From: Octopus sinensis
Lineage: Eukaryota
Reading direction: 5' to 3'
Length of the DNA stretch: 64,000 bases
Assembly (NCBI RefSeq): GCF_006345805.1
Contig: NC_042999.1
Coordinates: 140,864,001 to 140,928,000, forward strand
Shown: piece by piece, positions 51,253-63,325 of the stretch
Layout: each line of letters begins with the position of its first letter
Position numbering within the stretch: the first letter of the stretch is position 1
Made by a program: the position numbers and the translations under genes
Notes under the pieces: generated by a model
What the model was told of the DNA's origin: nothing
Databases searched by the model: none
The model's input: only the letters and a program-made list of their open reading frames with translations

Positions 51253-51410
51253 GTTTGTTTACATTTAGACTGTAGTTTCTGAAGCATTAAGAAATATGAA
51301 CGCAAATTTCTTTAGCGATTTAAATGTAAACAAACGAAGTTTGTTTACATTTGGATGATAATTTTTGAAGCATTGAGAGATATGAAAATAAGTTTCTTTT
51401 ATCAAGTATC
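51253..51410. repeat. 86-bp diverged tandem unit bounded by gtttgtttacattt inverted repeats
   Basis: gtttgtttacattta (51253), taaatgtaaacaaac (51321) and gtttgtttacattt (51339). Confidence 0.8.
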
Positions 51411-51615
51411 TCGCATGCGAATGTAACTATAAATAGTATCCCACAGTAAACTGGTATCATAACCATCCGATTTACAGTTGATGCCTGGTTTGATTCCCAC
51501 AGGTTGTTATACATCTTTTCACTTGTCCATGGGCTTTCTTTATGCCAAAATATTGTGAGTTATTATTTTTGGCGTGTTTCGCATTCGAGATTTTTTGTAA
51601 AAGAATATTAATACA

Positions 51616-51877
51616 GTCCTTTATTTAAGAGATGAGGAATTATGAACATTATTTACATTTGACGGGTTTTTGTCATCATCTTGTTTATTGTTAACACAAC
51701 GTTGCGGCTGATATACCCTCCAGCCTTCATCAGATGTTTTGGGGAAATTTCGAACCTGGTTCTCATTTCTAAGGTATTTTTCGATGTTGTTGTTATTATT
51801 ATTCAGGTCACTGCCTGGAATCAAACTCGGAATCTAGGGGTTAGTAGCCCGCGTTCTTAACCAGTAAACCATATGCC
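51616..51877 (-). mobile_element. tRNA-headed element with hammerhead-like, Penelope-type tail (left arm of an inverted dimer)
   Basis: 72-nt head 51877-51806 with A-box tggtttactgg, loop ctactaa and B-box gagtttgattcc, then (aat/aac)n and a body with CTGATGA-aggctg..cagcc-GCAA-cgtt. Confidence 0.75.
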
Positions 51878-51881
51878 TACG

Positions 51882-52061
51882 GGCATAATAATAATAATAA
51901 TGATGATGATGATGATTAACAACATCGAAAAATACCTTAGGAATGAGAACCCGGGTTCAAAATTTCCCCAAGACACCTGATGAAGGCTGGAGGGTATATC
52001 AGCCGAAATGTTGTGTTTACAAGAAACAAGATCAGGACAAATATTCGTCAAATGTAAATAA
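51882..52061 (+). mobile_element. Head-deleted copy of the same element (right arm)
   Basis: Starts ggcata and jumps to (aat)n. 51918-52059 is the reverse complement of 51651-51791 at roughly 88% identity (by eye). Confidence 0.8.
51971..52018 (+). ncRNA. Putative minimal type I hammerhead ribozyme motif
   Basis: Stem I agacac/gtgttt, CUGAUGA at 51977-51983, an extra A, stem II ggctg/cagcc (G10.1:C11.1 intact), GAAA at 52005-52008, and a GUU triplet at 52010-52012. Activity is untested. Confidence 0.6.
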
Positions 52062-52402
52062 AAGAATATTACTTGCATATTTCTTCATGCTTCAAAAATT
52101 ATGGTCTAAATGTTAAACTTACTTTCTTGCTTGTAAGATAATAGCGTCTAATTTGTCTCTGAGACTAATAAGTCTCAGAATCGTTTAAGTGTAATGGTTA
52201 TATGACCGTCCGGGGTGTGGTAGATATATGGCTCGAGTCCCTGAGATGGCTGTCGCTTTTCTTCTGTGCTGGAGTTTTTTTTTTTTTTTTTTTAACTTAC
52301 TATATTATGAAGTATTATTTAAAGGTACTTTCGCATTTACTCTATTTCGTAAAAGAAGTGTTTTTCTTCATATTTCTTGGTACATAACAGTATATATATA
52401 TA

Positions 52403-52859
52403 CAGTAATCCCTCGCCATATCGCGGTTCATCTATCGCAGTTTATTATTTAAGCTTACGTCGATTTCTCTGTGATGTTGTTTCGCATTTATAATAAAATA
52501 AATATATACAAATTATAAAGATAATAAAAAATATACAGTACAGTACTGTTTCTTATTTCTTTACTGCCCATAAGGGGCTACACACAGAGAGGACAAACAA
52601 GGACAGACAAACGGATTAAGTCGATTATATCGACACCAGTGCGTAACTGGTACTTATAAAATCGATCCCGAAAGGATGAAAGGCAAAGTCAACCTCGGCG
52701 GAATTTGAACTCAGAACGTAGCGGCAGACGAAATACTGCTAAGCATTTCGCCTGGCATGCTAACGTTTCTGCCAGCTCGCCGCCCTTTCTACTTCGCGGA
52801 TTTTTATCTATCACAGGGTTTTTTGGAACGTAACACCCTCTATAGTCGAGGGATTACTG
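52403..52859. mobile_element. Tigger/pogo-like MITE interrupted by a SINE
   Basis: TIRs cagtaatccctcg / cgagggattactg, with a left TA flank. Confidence 0.8.
52554..52785 (-). mobile_element. Full-length family A SINE
   Basis: Near-identical to the reverse complement of 18779-19010. 5-bp TSD tttct at 52549-52553 and 52786-52790. Confidence 0.9.
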
Positions 52860-52934
52860 TTCTTAGAAGCATTGCACACGTATATATACACACTTGTGTA
52901 TACATGTATATTTCTGTTTTATATATATATATAT

Positions 52935-52977
52935 ATGCTAGCATGGAAAGTGGACGCTAAACGATGATGATGATGAT
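52935..52977 (+). mobile_element. Tail-only RTE insertion in a (TA)n tract
   Basis: tgctagcatggaaagtggacgctaaacgatgatgatgatgat flanked by (TA)n. Confidence 0.8.
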
Positions 52978-54394
52978 ATATATATTTATGGTTGTGCATA
53001 TATTTTTTTAAAATATGCATGACATTTTTTATATCATCTCTTAACACATTCATCTTCCATTTTGAAGTGGATTGGACTGTGTGTGTTTGTGTGTAGGTAT
53101 TAATAAATGTGTTTGTGCACTCTGGAAGATTATGACTAAGTTTGTCAGTCCACTATTACAAAACAAGTTGATATTGAATACAAAGTATTTTGTAAATAGT
53201 TTTGTTCATTTTCTTACAGCATATTCACCATTGTTTCAGCAAGACAAATATTTGTGTAGCTTCAAGGAAGTTATATTTTTGGATTTTTTGGACTTGTAAA
53301 ATTGCATGAATATTGGTTTGGGAAGAGGGGTGGGTTGACATTGAAATAGGAAGGGGTAGGTCTTGGAAACAGAAAGTTCATTTGGAAGCGATTTCACAAT
53401 ATTGAGACAGAAATAGGAAAGAGGAAACTAAGAAGATGAGAAAAATGTTTGAAATGTATTAGAATGGTAAGGATGGATAAATGGGAGCTAGGTATAGGGT
53501 TGGTGACTGCGTGTAGGTGAAGTCAAGTTTGGAGAAGAGAAGTATTATGATAATATTTGAACAGAATGACAAAGAAGTGAAAGGGAGAAAGATTGAGGTG
53601 AATATAGAAGTACTGGAAAGAGATACGAACTCGTAAAGGTAGATGGAGTGCATCAACTTTTTTATTCAATGCAGGCACCTGTGGTAATTACTAAAGTTAC
53701 AGTGAGAGTCAGGAGTGACTTGTAAAGAAATGCAACATTGAGATTTGATCACCATATGACCTTCACGCACAGTAAAGTTCACGAAGAAATAGTTGTCATT
53801 GTGGTTGCCATGTTGTTAATGATGAAATCTATTTTTACACATAAGAATGTAGTATAATGAATATAGAATTGGTGCAGGCATGAATATGTGGTCAAAAGTT
53901 TGCTTTTTAATCACATGGTTTCAGTTCAGACCCAATTCATGGCCCTTTGGGGAAGTGTCTTCTATTATAGCCCTTGGTTAACCAAAACCTTGTGAGTGGA
54001 TTTCATTGATGGAAACGAAACTTGTGTGTGTGTATCATCGTCATCATCATCATTTAATATCTGTTTTACATACTGGCATGCGTTGGTCAAGGCTCCAATT
54101 GCCAGTTGGCCAGGCTCCAATTGCCAGTTGTGTCATGGTTTCTATAGCTGGATTCTTTTCTTAATGCCAACCACTTTTACAGAGTGTGCTGGGTGCTTTT
54201 TATATTCCACTGACACAGGTGCATTTGTGCAGCACTGGCACAAGGGAATTTTGCATGGCACTAGCACCTGTAATGGTCAAGCTTGTATGTATGGATAATG
54301 GTGATTTTACTTAGCTTAATATGTCTTCTCAAGTATAGCAAATAATCACAACCCCTGGTCTCTTGTCATTTACTCAGTGAGGCCCATGCATTTT

Positions 54395-54767
54395 AATCAG
54401 CATAGCATTCCCTGGTGACAACAGGATCATTGAAAAAGAAGTAAAAATAGACAACTATGACAATTTGAAGCAGGGAAATATGAAGGTTGTGGTCAATGAG
54501 GAGAGTAGACCTGATACCGATAGTAATTGGTGCACTTGGAAGTATCAGTACTCAACTACCAACTTGGCTGAAAAAGATTCATGCAAGTGTGAAGGTAGAA
54601 CACCTACTAAAATCAGCATTACTTGGAACTGCAAGAATTCTTTGCAGGGTTCTTGAAGCATGACCAGTAAACAAGTGTCACTCTAGTCTGCTGGCTATGG
54701 ACAGCTGACACTGTCTATCATACCCAGCAAAATAAGCTGTGAGTTTTCATCACAAAATAATAATAAT
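54395..54767 (+). mobile_element. Second R4/Dong-type RLE retrotransposon 3' end with (AAT)n tail
   Basis: IAFPGDNRIIEKEVK.DNYDNLK, frameshift, then LWSMRRV.LIPIVIGALGS..LLKSALLGTARIL.RVLEA* (stop at 54661-54663). Confidence 0.85.
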
Positions 54768-54954
54768 TCTGCCTTACTTTGGCACAAAGCCAGAAATTTC
54801 AGGGGAGACAAGTCGATTACATTGACCTCAGTACTCAACTAAAAGGATTGTGACATTTGAACTATAATGTACAGCTGGAACTTTAATGCACTAAGCATTT
54901 TGTCCAGAACAGTAATGATTCTGCCCATTCACCACCTTAATAATTATGATAATC

Positions 54955-55165
54955 CTTTCCACTATAGGCACAAGGCCTGAAATTTTTGGGGAGGGGCTGG
55001 TCAATGACATCAGCCCCAGTATTTGACAGGTACTTATTTTATCATGCCTGAAAGGATGAAAAGCAAAGTCAACTTCGGCAGAATTTCATCTTAGACTCAG
55101 AACATACAGCTGAAATGCCACTAAGCATTCAGTTCAGTGTTCTAGTTATTGTGCCAGGTCGCCAA
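54955..55165 (-). mobile_element. Degenerate family A SINE
   Basis: aggcacaaggcctgaaattttt..aaaggatgaaaagcaaagtcaacttcggcagaattt. A second fragment lies at 54770-54935. Confidence 0.7.
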
Positions 55166-55572
55166 CTTAATAATAATAATAATAATGATACTAATTAAAC
55201 GGTACTGCAATTTGCTTGAAGTATTGCAGTATGTGTATGTAAGATAAATGTTTGAAAACTCTTTGAGCAATGTGGATGAAGAGTCATTTTAGATGATGTC
55301 AATAAATAAAGAAAAAAGACAAGATATTGTATTACTTTTCATTTATTGACCCTATAATATTTTGGGAAAAATTCCCCTTTTCAAATAAAAGAAAGAAAAT
55401 AGAGTTTAAATAGTTTGTGTATCAACTGTATTAGTTGTGATTGGATGAGGTAGGAATTGTCAGCAGTAGTAGGTAATGTGGTGTGGTAACAGCAGTAGTA
55501 GGTGATGTCATAACAAGTTAGTGCAGGTGTTAAAGGAATGGTGGGAAAGGTCATTGATCAACAACTGAACTC

Positions 55573-55785
55573 TAACTACCTTTAGTATTCATATTATCCT
55601 GTCAAATGTAATGCTTATTTATTCTCATTGCATTGAATTAATCATGCATTACCTCATAGCTTTAACATTTTGATTATGTGATTCTTTTTAAAATGGCAGT
55701 GTAGGGTAGGTGTGAGAAGCAGTTTGAACATAAAATGAATAGAAAATTTTGCCTAGATATGGCTGGTTTAAGTACTAAAGAGTTA
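55573..55785. mobile_element. Degenerate piggyBac-like MITE
   Basis: Ends taac..ctttagta / tactaaagagtta resemble a ttaaccctttag..ctaaagggttaa (TTAA-TSD) consensus. Termini are decayed. Confidence 0.45.
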
Positions 55786-55794
55786 TGGCAAGAT

Positions 55795-56490
55795 TACTCA
55801 TGCACCACACAATCTTCCCTCCACTCTAAAGGAGATACTCTTTGTTTATAGTGCAAAGGTTTATAGTGCTCCAAATTTTCTTAACTCATATTTTTCTCTG
55901 GCTGCTATGCTTTTGGTACAACCTCTGCCACTGCTTAGTAGACTATCTAAGTAACAAAAGGTATCAGCTACTTCTAGTGAATCTTTTGAACATTTGAAGG
56001 AATTTATTTTGCATGTATTCTTATTACTAACTACTCCTGGGTATTTGACATGGACAAACTCTGTCTTCTCTTCACCCTGCCTGGTCCCATTACTTTGTGG
56101 TTATGCATATTTTACACTAAGTACACCATAAGGAATTTCTACCTACTCCTTTTCTGTGTACAGAGCCTGGCCATTTCTCTGAGGATAGCAAAGCTTTCTT
56201 TTTTCTACTTATCAAAACTTTAGTCTTTGTTCCATCTCTAGAATTTCTTCTCTAAATCTTATACAGGTCTTTAAATCTTCTGTTGTGACTGGGGTAGGAC
56301 AGATGAGTAAGAGTGGGCTGAGATCTAGATTTCAATGGAACATTAGATTTGTTGTTGCTTGAACTCATTACTCCTACTTGGCTGACTGTACCTCTGTACA
56401 TGGCTTGTACAGCTTCACAAACTATTATCAATCTATCCCTAGTTTCTGTAGTAATCACAAGAACACAGATCAATGAATATCAAGTATAAA
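55795..56490 (-). mobile_element. Decayed RTE LINE RT fragment
   Basis: AVQAMYRGTVSQV, LSPLL, KTKVLISRK, KWP.S..RKGVGRNS..CT.CK, SLEVADTFCYL and SFRVEGRL. Confidence 0.8.
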
Positions 56491-59029
56491 ATCTAATATT
56501 CAAGTACTTTACAGTTGTTTCACAAGGATGATGGTATCATCAAAATTTGAAGTAATATTATATTATGACAATTAAATGAAAATATTTAAGTGTAGTCATT
56601 TTCTTTTTGTTCTTAATTTGAAGTTGCTGGGCTATGACTGTCAGCTTTGATTTTTAAATATAATTAAAATCCCTGAGAGTCTCCTGTTATACTTCACCAT
56701 TGTGATGGTTTATAGAATAAAATGACAGTGATTTTAGGTGCACTCTTGCATGCCATATTATGTTTTGTATTCTATGCAGTAAAATAAAATCATTGTTAAC
56801 TAAATTATTTTATAACTGATATAATTATTTGATATATTGTATTCCATTTATTTAACAGAAAATACACATCTTTATTTATCTCATTTTCATATCAGAATTA
56901 ATAGGTGTTGCTATTCCTTGCCATCATATGCTCACAAACTGTGAAAATTTGCAGACCTTTTTGACCAGTAATATTTTTTTTTAAATCAAAGAATTGTAAA
57001 ATAGTAAAATAGAACAACAAGAAAATTCCTTAAAGTCATTAAAATAATATTAATTGAAACAAAATCTGTTGTCTAGTAGTGTTAGGAGACTGATTAGAAT
57101 ACAATGATAACAACTGATAAATCGATGAAGCATATAGCCAGTGTATAAATAGCAGCTGAAGAATAATACAGTATTGGTTTTGTGGGAGGCAGTGAATTTG
57201 ATAAAACTGAACATTAGACTCAGAAGTTGTTTTAATTTAACATCTGTTTTTCCATAGTAGCATGAGTTTACCATGTCCGACCAACACCACACACTATCGC
57301 TAAAGCAGCTGGAAAGAGTTTTTCTCATTAAATTTTTAATATTTGTTTTATATGCTCGAAATATTTTTACAGAGATCTAAGAGCCATAAAGAACAATGTC
57401 CTCCTGCTGCGCTACAATCCCTGACATTGGTTTTCATTTCCATTTGTAATTATTTTATTTTCCTATTGCCCTTATATTGTTATTGCCCTTAAGAAATGTG
57501 TGAACATTTCTAAATCTCATACTCCATTCCCTGTAAAACTGAAGCTTTTTTCCACAATGATAAATCAATATTTTTACAGCAAAAGAAGGTAGTGGGCTGA
57601 GAGAAACAGTAAAGTGCCAGACTACATATTTTACAGTTTTTAGCTTTCTATTTCTATGTTATGAATTCAAATTCTCTTAATATCAACAACAGAAATAAAT
57701 TGATGTTGATTTAATTGACTGTGCTCCTCCCTTATGCCTGCTGGGAATTTTCTATGCAATCACTCAAACTATTAGAAATAGCAGTCTAATCTCCTTCAAA
57801 GTTCATGAAACCATTTAAAAAATTAGTTCAATATCCAATATAACTCAGCTGTGGATATAATATACCAAAAATGAAGACAGGATGGTCACAACTAAAAGCT
57901 ATTTGTTGTTAAACAATGACCAATATTTTACAAGATGTTGACATGGATAAGATATACTGAATTTTTAGTTCATATCACACTACAAACTTTACATTGTCTC
58001 TCAGAATAAAAATATTTTATTCTAAATACCTGAGGATAGACACAAGCCCTAAGAAGTTTTTTACACTGAGTCTGTGTGAATATCTACTTTTCATAATGTT
58101 AACCAAAGTTATTTAAGAAATTGGGCGATGTACTGAAATAGTGAAGAAATAATGGAAAATAGTAATGGTGAAAGAAAATGACATTAAAATTCCTGTATAT
58201 TGAGCAATATTCATTTCTTTTGACTAGTTTTAAGTTATCTATCATGGAGAGTATGTAAATTGAAACTTATTAGCTATTGCTATTTATTTGAAATTAATTT
58301 TGATTTCCTACATATAAAAGAGATATTCATTAAGTACCTATTGAATGGTTTCTCCATTTATACACAAGACTGACTTTACTACAATGGAGGACAAATGAAA
58401 TTCAACAAGTGTTGGAAATAATCCCAAATAAGACATGAACTATAGCATCATTAAAACAATGTGGTCTTTATAGTTCAGATATCAATTCATAAAGGAAGAA
58501 AACACCATCTTCACCACAACATTGCATTTGTTTAGCATGTGCTGCTCTAGAATGAAGGTGTGCATAGAATGATGAAGAATAAGTCAGAAAAACCAGATTC
58601 TTTCATCTTCCAGTTGCTATGATTCTTTCTTGGCATTCAGTGGCGAAAAAAAATTTGCAATGTACAACCTTACAAAAGTGTGGCTGCAGATAATTGTCTT
58701 GACATTGTAGACATTTGTTGGTACCTATTTGGATACACCCTTCAATTTGTCCAAATCCATAGCCTTTGGGATGCTGTAATGCACATTAAGAAATACAAAT
58801 TCCTTTCCTCTTTCTGAATCAGCAGTAGAACTCATGCTTTCAACTAATTTTATCCTTATTGTTGCTCAGCCATCCATTTTGGCCTTCCTATTCTTCTTTA
58901 ATCAGAGGTTTGTGTATGCATTATTATATTCACAAGAGATATTTATTATTTTTCTAACTTACTGGGTCTGGAGGAAGAGGTAGTGCTCAGGGCTTTTGCA
59001 GGCTTTCCAATACTAATAAGATCAGTACT

Positions 59030-60345
59030 ATGTTTCATATAAACTGTTGCGAGTTAATACTGGCAGAAAAAAACATGAGCAGGGAAGGAGTTCCAGAGGG
59101 TCAAAATTCTGCTGAGAAAGGACTGGGTGTAGTGATTAATGCAGGACCTGGGGGTTTGGACACAATGTGAGAATGTGACAGAAGATCAACCAGATCTGAG
59201 TAGCAGAGGCTATTATAGAAAAGGAAGAGCAGTTTAAGTACATCGTATGTAGACCAGAGATTGGTGCATATCTGAGTGGCTTTATGCCAGGTATTCAACT
59301 AGCCTTTCTGTAGACATGGTCTAAGATGTCTAGGTACAGTAGTAGCACCATCCCAAGTGTGACAACAATATGCCATTATGGATTTCCCCTGAGCTTCATA
59401 GAAGGTCAGTAATTGTTGGAGGCTCTAATATTTTCTAGCCCTGAAAAGAAGCGCTAGTTTTTGAAATGTTGTCTTAGTTATTGTTGAAGATGTGATGTTG
59501 CCAGGAGAAATCTTTGGTGATAGTGAAACCTGACACTTGGAACAACCATGAGAGTTCTAACTGCATACTTCTCATGTCTAAGTGGGGCTGAGATGTGATC
59601 ATGTTTTCTTGATATGTGTTTTTTTGCAGTTGAAAGAGACAAGATTGGTATATCCTGAGTGGAGGATGCTTTCTGTTCATTGAGTTGGTGCAGGTTTGAT
59701 ATGTGTGCATAGGTTGCATGTGAATGATGCTTGCTTGAAGAAGGTGAATAACAAATGGCAGATATTACAATCAGTGTAAGAGTGAGTGTTGTTGGACATA
59801 ACAACAAGTAGATCATTAATACGGTGAAGGAAGAGAGTAAAGGAAAAACTACACCAACCTTATGATGCACCAGAATTGATTTAGAGTGTTGTACAGAGAC
59901 TTTAATCAGTATATTTGCTTGACTGTGCTGCTATTTAGGTGAGAGATGTGAATAATGAGGAGAGTGAAAGTTAATATGCATGGGCACCATCTTTCAGAGT
60001 GAAGCATGAGTAAAGAATGTCTCGAAGTAGAATAATTTGTGGACTTTTTCTGCTAGTAAGAGTTGACAAGTGGAATACAGGCTGAAATGAAGTGGGTTTA
60101 GTTCTGATTTGGGGCATCTTGGGGAAGTTTAAGTGATGACACTGCATTGATAGGTCATGGAAACTCCCTGTCAAAAGCTTAGTCTGAGTGCTTGCTGAAG
60201 TGTAAACTTCACTAAAGGCACCTATTTGTCTACTACCCAGAAAAAGAAATGAGTGATGAATCTCTATGCTCTTTTATAACAGAGCTATATTTGCAGAATA
60301 ACTGAAAAAGGTTAGCAAAATATCTGTAGACCCAGTCCTTTTTAC
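59030..60345 (-). mobile_element. Decayed CR1/Jockey-group LINE RT
   Basis: INSG..FTLF..INDLL..HSYTD (degenerate YADD), YEAQ..IMAYCCHTWDGA and LWNSFPAHVF. Confidence 0.75.
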
Positions 60346-60519
60346 AACAGTGTTCATTGTGTTGAGGACAGTGGGGGAGAAAAGAGAGAGAGAGAGAAGA
60401 TGTTATTGTATGTCACCAAACAATTTCACATTTTGTCTTTTGAAAGCTGATAGAAAAGTTTTGTAGTTCGTAGTTTTTACGATGATTTTGTTCCTAACAT
60501 TTACAATAGTTCAATATTT

Positions 60520-61330
60520 TACAAATGGAATGCAAGGCATTTTTCTGGAGCCTCTTTCATTTCAAAGTGCCTAACATTTTTCTCACTATGAACACCCCAT
60601 GTCAATGATGCACATATCTAAAGTACACTTAAAATAGCTATTGCTCTTAAAATGATCTTTGGTAGTTATTGTAATCAATTTATTTTCCAAATATGGTCTA
60701 ATTTTGCTAAAGTTTCTGCTGTTGCTGCAATCCAGCAGTTCACTTATTTTTTAATCTCCTACTGCTACTTTTCTTTGTAAATGTTTAAATGCTATTTTAG
60801 TAAAATTGACTAGTTTCATTTTCTTCTTGCTAGTTATTATTATTTTACTTTAACCAGCCCTTACTTTCATTCCATTTCTTCTTAAAATAGTATAAAATGT
60901 GTTGTTAGATCTAAGTTTTTCCTCATCTTATCCTATTAAATCAATATCAGTGGTAAAATAGAGATTGCTGACTTCTCTGCCATTTACTCATTTTCTTCAA
61001 AAGATTCAATGGCTTCCATTATTGTGTATTCAAAATCATTGAAAAGGCTTAGTGAAAGAACACATCCTTGTTTAACACTAGCTGCTGTTTTAAACCAGTT
61101 ACTTAGTGAATTTCCGACCAAAACCAGACTTTTCAGAATATTGGACTATCTTAAGGCAATAGAACTAGAAAGATTTTGATATCAGCTGCTTATCTTCTCC
61201 TTATCTTCATTATTATTGGAAGTTGTTTGAAAACACATCAAGATCTACAGTAGTTTTGAAAAATGGCTAAACCAAGGAACAATTGAAAAGACTTAACAGA
61301 TTTTTATTATAAAAAATAGGGCATAAATAA
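60520..61330 (-). mobile_element. Decayed RTE LINE RT
   Basis: WFKTAASVKQGCVLS.SLFN, VNGREVSNLYFTTDIDL (degenerate FADD) and RIAAT..LAKL..IWK. Confidence 0.75.
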
Positions 61331-63139
61331 TTGGAAATATATGATCTTTGGTAACAAGATACTGTTAACAAACATGTAAGAAAATAAAATATTTGATGGA
61401 CTCTGAATGAATGAGAGGTAAATTTAACCTTTGATGGATTTAAAACAAAGTGTACCTAATGATAGGAACTAAACTGTGTATACAACTATAATGACCTTTA
61501 CGAGTCTTCTCAGACTGATGAGATTGATGTAATTGTTTAGTTTGAATATCTCTAGGTCAGTGTTGGCAGAGTGGTGATGTGTGCGAGGGAGAAGAGTTAT
61601 CTGGGAAGGAAGGATCTGTAAAGTGCTTAGTGTGTTGTCTGCCAGGTGAGATACAGCGGTGGTGATGAAAAGAATGGAAACGAACGTGTCAGATGGTTGT
61701 GGCTTGATTAAGTTTGCAACTAGCTAATTCACATCAGCAGAATCCTTTGCAGTACTGGTTGAAGTGGCTTTTACACAGCTAGCCATGGCTCCTCAACAAC
61801 AACAAACTTTTGCAACTAACTTTGGCTCTCCACCACTGACATGTTCTCTTGCTTTTTGTAGCTGTTCAACACCCAAGTAAATGTGAGAGGAAATTTTCAG
61901 CACCTTTTCTGGAGCATGATGCAGTATTAATGATTCTTAGGCTGACACACCCATCCACTTTGCTACATCTACCCACTCAACAAACAGTAACTGTTATAAC
62001 CACACTCTTACTTAATTGTAAATACTACTGATGAAACCTGTTATTGACTCTTCACAAGTAACAGTTTTCTGCAGTTGTGATTTCCACCCGTCTCCTTTTC
62101 AACTTAATGAAATGTGTTAGTAATGAATTCCTATTATCAGTTAATCAAAAACCTTTATAAGAGAAGGAATCTTTTATATCTATTTATTTGTTTAGTGTAT
62201 TTTTCCTTCTTTTCTGGATTAAAAAAAATAAAAATCAATCCTTTATAATTAATGAGCATGGTAATGTCCTAATTAACTTGACCTAGTTATTTTTTGTCTT
62301 GATCTTTGTTGTTATCAACCTATATCACTATTATTCATTTTCCTCTTCTCTTAAAACTTGAAAAATCAATTGAGTCCCTAATACTTTTTCCTCCTCCACA
62401 GCTATGTTTCAAAATGTTTTAAGACATTTAAACAATATAAGGGAGGGGGAAGTGCATATGTATTCTCACACACATACACATACACAGTAAACATGTAGTT
62501 CTTCAAACTAGTCTCCTTTCTTAGTCTAAAGAGAAGTTAATTTAATTATCTACTTATTTACCATTTATTCTATTTTGTGAAAATATTTCTTTGCTAATCA
62601 TTGAAAATTAGATTTTCTAGATGAAAGCTGGGTTTGATCCTTGCTAACAATTGCAAGCACATCCTATCAATGGTCTGTCACATTGATCATGATACAGACA
62701 ACCAATTATTTTTTTTTTCTCTTTTCCTCTAAATGTGCTCTACCTTAAATTCGTGGTCAGCATTATTTACAACAGACTACCAGAATATTTTATAATGTTC
62801 CTTTCTTAATATCATTTCCTGACACCAGCTAAGTCACTCAATATTCCCAGTGCATCTATTGTAGGCTTAGAGAACCTACTGTTAATGCTAAATTGTACTT
62901 CTACATATTTTAAATTCAGTATTCAAAGATGTAGATCTAAAATAGTAGAGCTTTCTACTTAATTATGCCACCCCATCATCTTCCAAATAAAAAATAACTA
63001 TGATAATTGTTTGTGTGGGTGTGCATGCATGATTATGGATACTGTTATTAGAAAACAATAAGTGTTTTGATGTTTCATTTTTAATCTTAATTTTAACAAA
63101 CTTAGTGGACTAGTGCTTTCAATATAGCATCAGACAAAA

Positions 63140-63325
63140 TGCCTTGGGGTACTTGACCTGGATTTTTTCATTTTGAGTTCAAATCTTGCCAAGCTCATCT
63201 TTGCTTTTTATCCTTCCAAGGTTGATAAAATAAAGTACCAGTCCAATATTGGAGTGGGTTGGGGGCTGACATACTCAGTTGTTTCCTCCCAAGTTTCTGG
63301 CCTTGTGCTTATGCAAGAAATTATC
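63140..63325 (+). mobile_element. Degenerate family A SINE
   Basis: gagttcaaatcttgccaag..tatccttccaaggttgataaaataaagtaccag..ggccttgtgc. Confidence 0.65.

Noticed and set aside
55820-55862. ggagatactctttgtttatagtgcaaag|gt looks like DCP1 exon 2 (G.TLFVY)
   Set aside because: The G-T and LFVY parts are in different frames, there is no EKT..E, and the segment is the antisense of an RTE RT remnant.
58640-58840. SSTADSERG resembling a hAT dimerisation motif on the minus strand
   Set aside because: The match is only a few residues, with no flanking support and no TIRs found.
62025-62075. CTGATGA followed by a stem (aac.tgtta/taacagtt), a possible second hammerhead
   Set aside because: The GAAA half of the core is absent (ttct instead) and there is no stem I.
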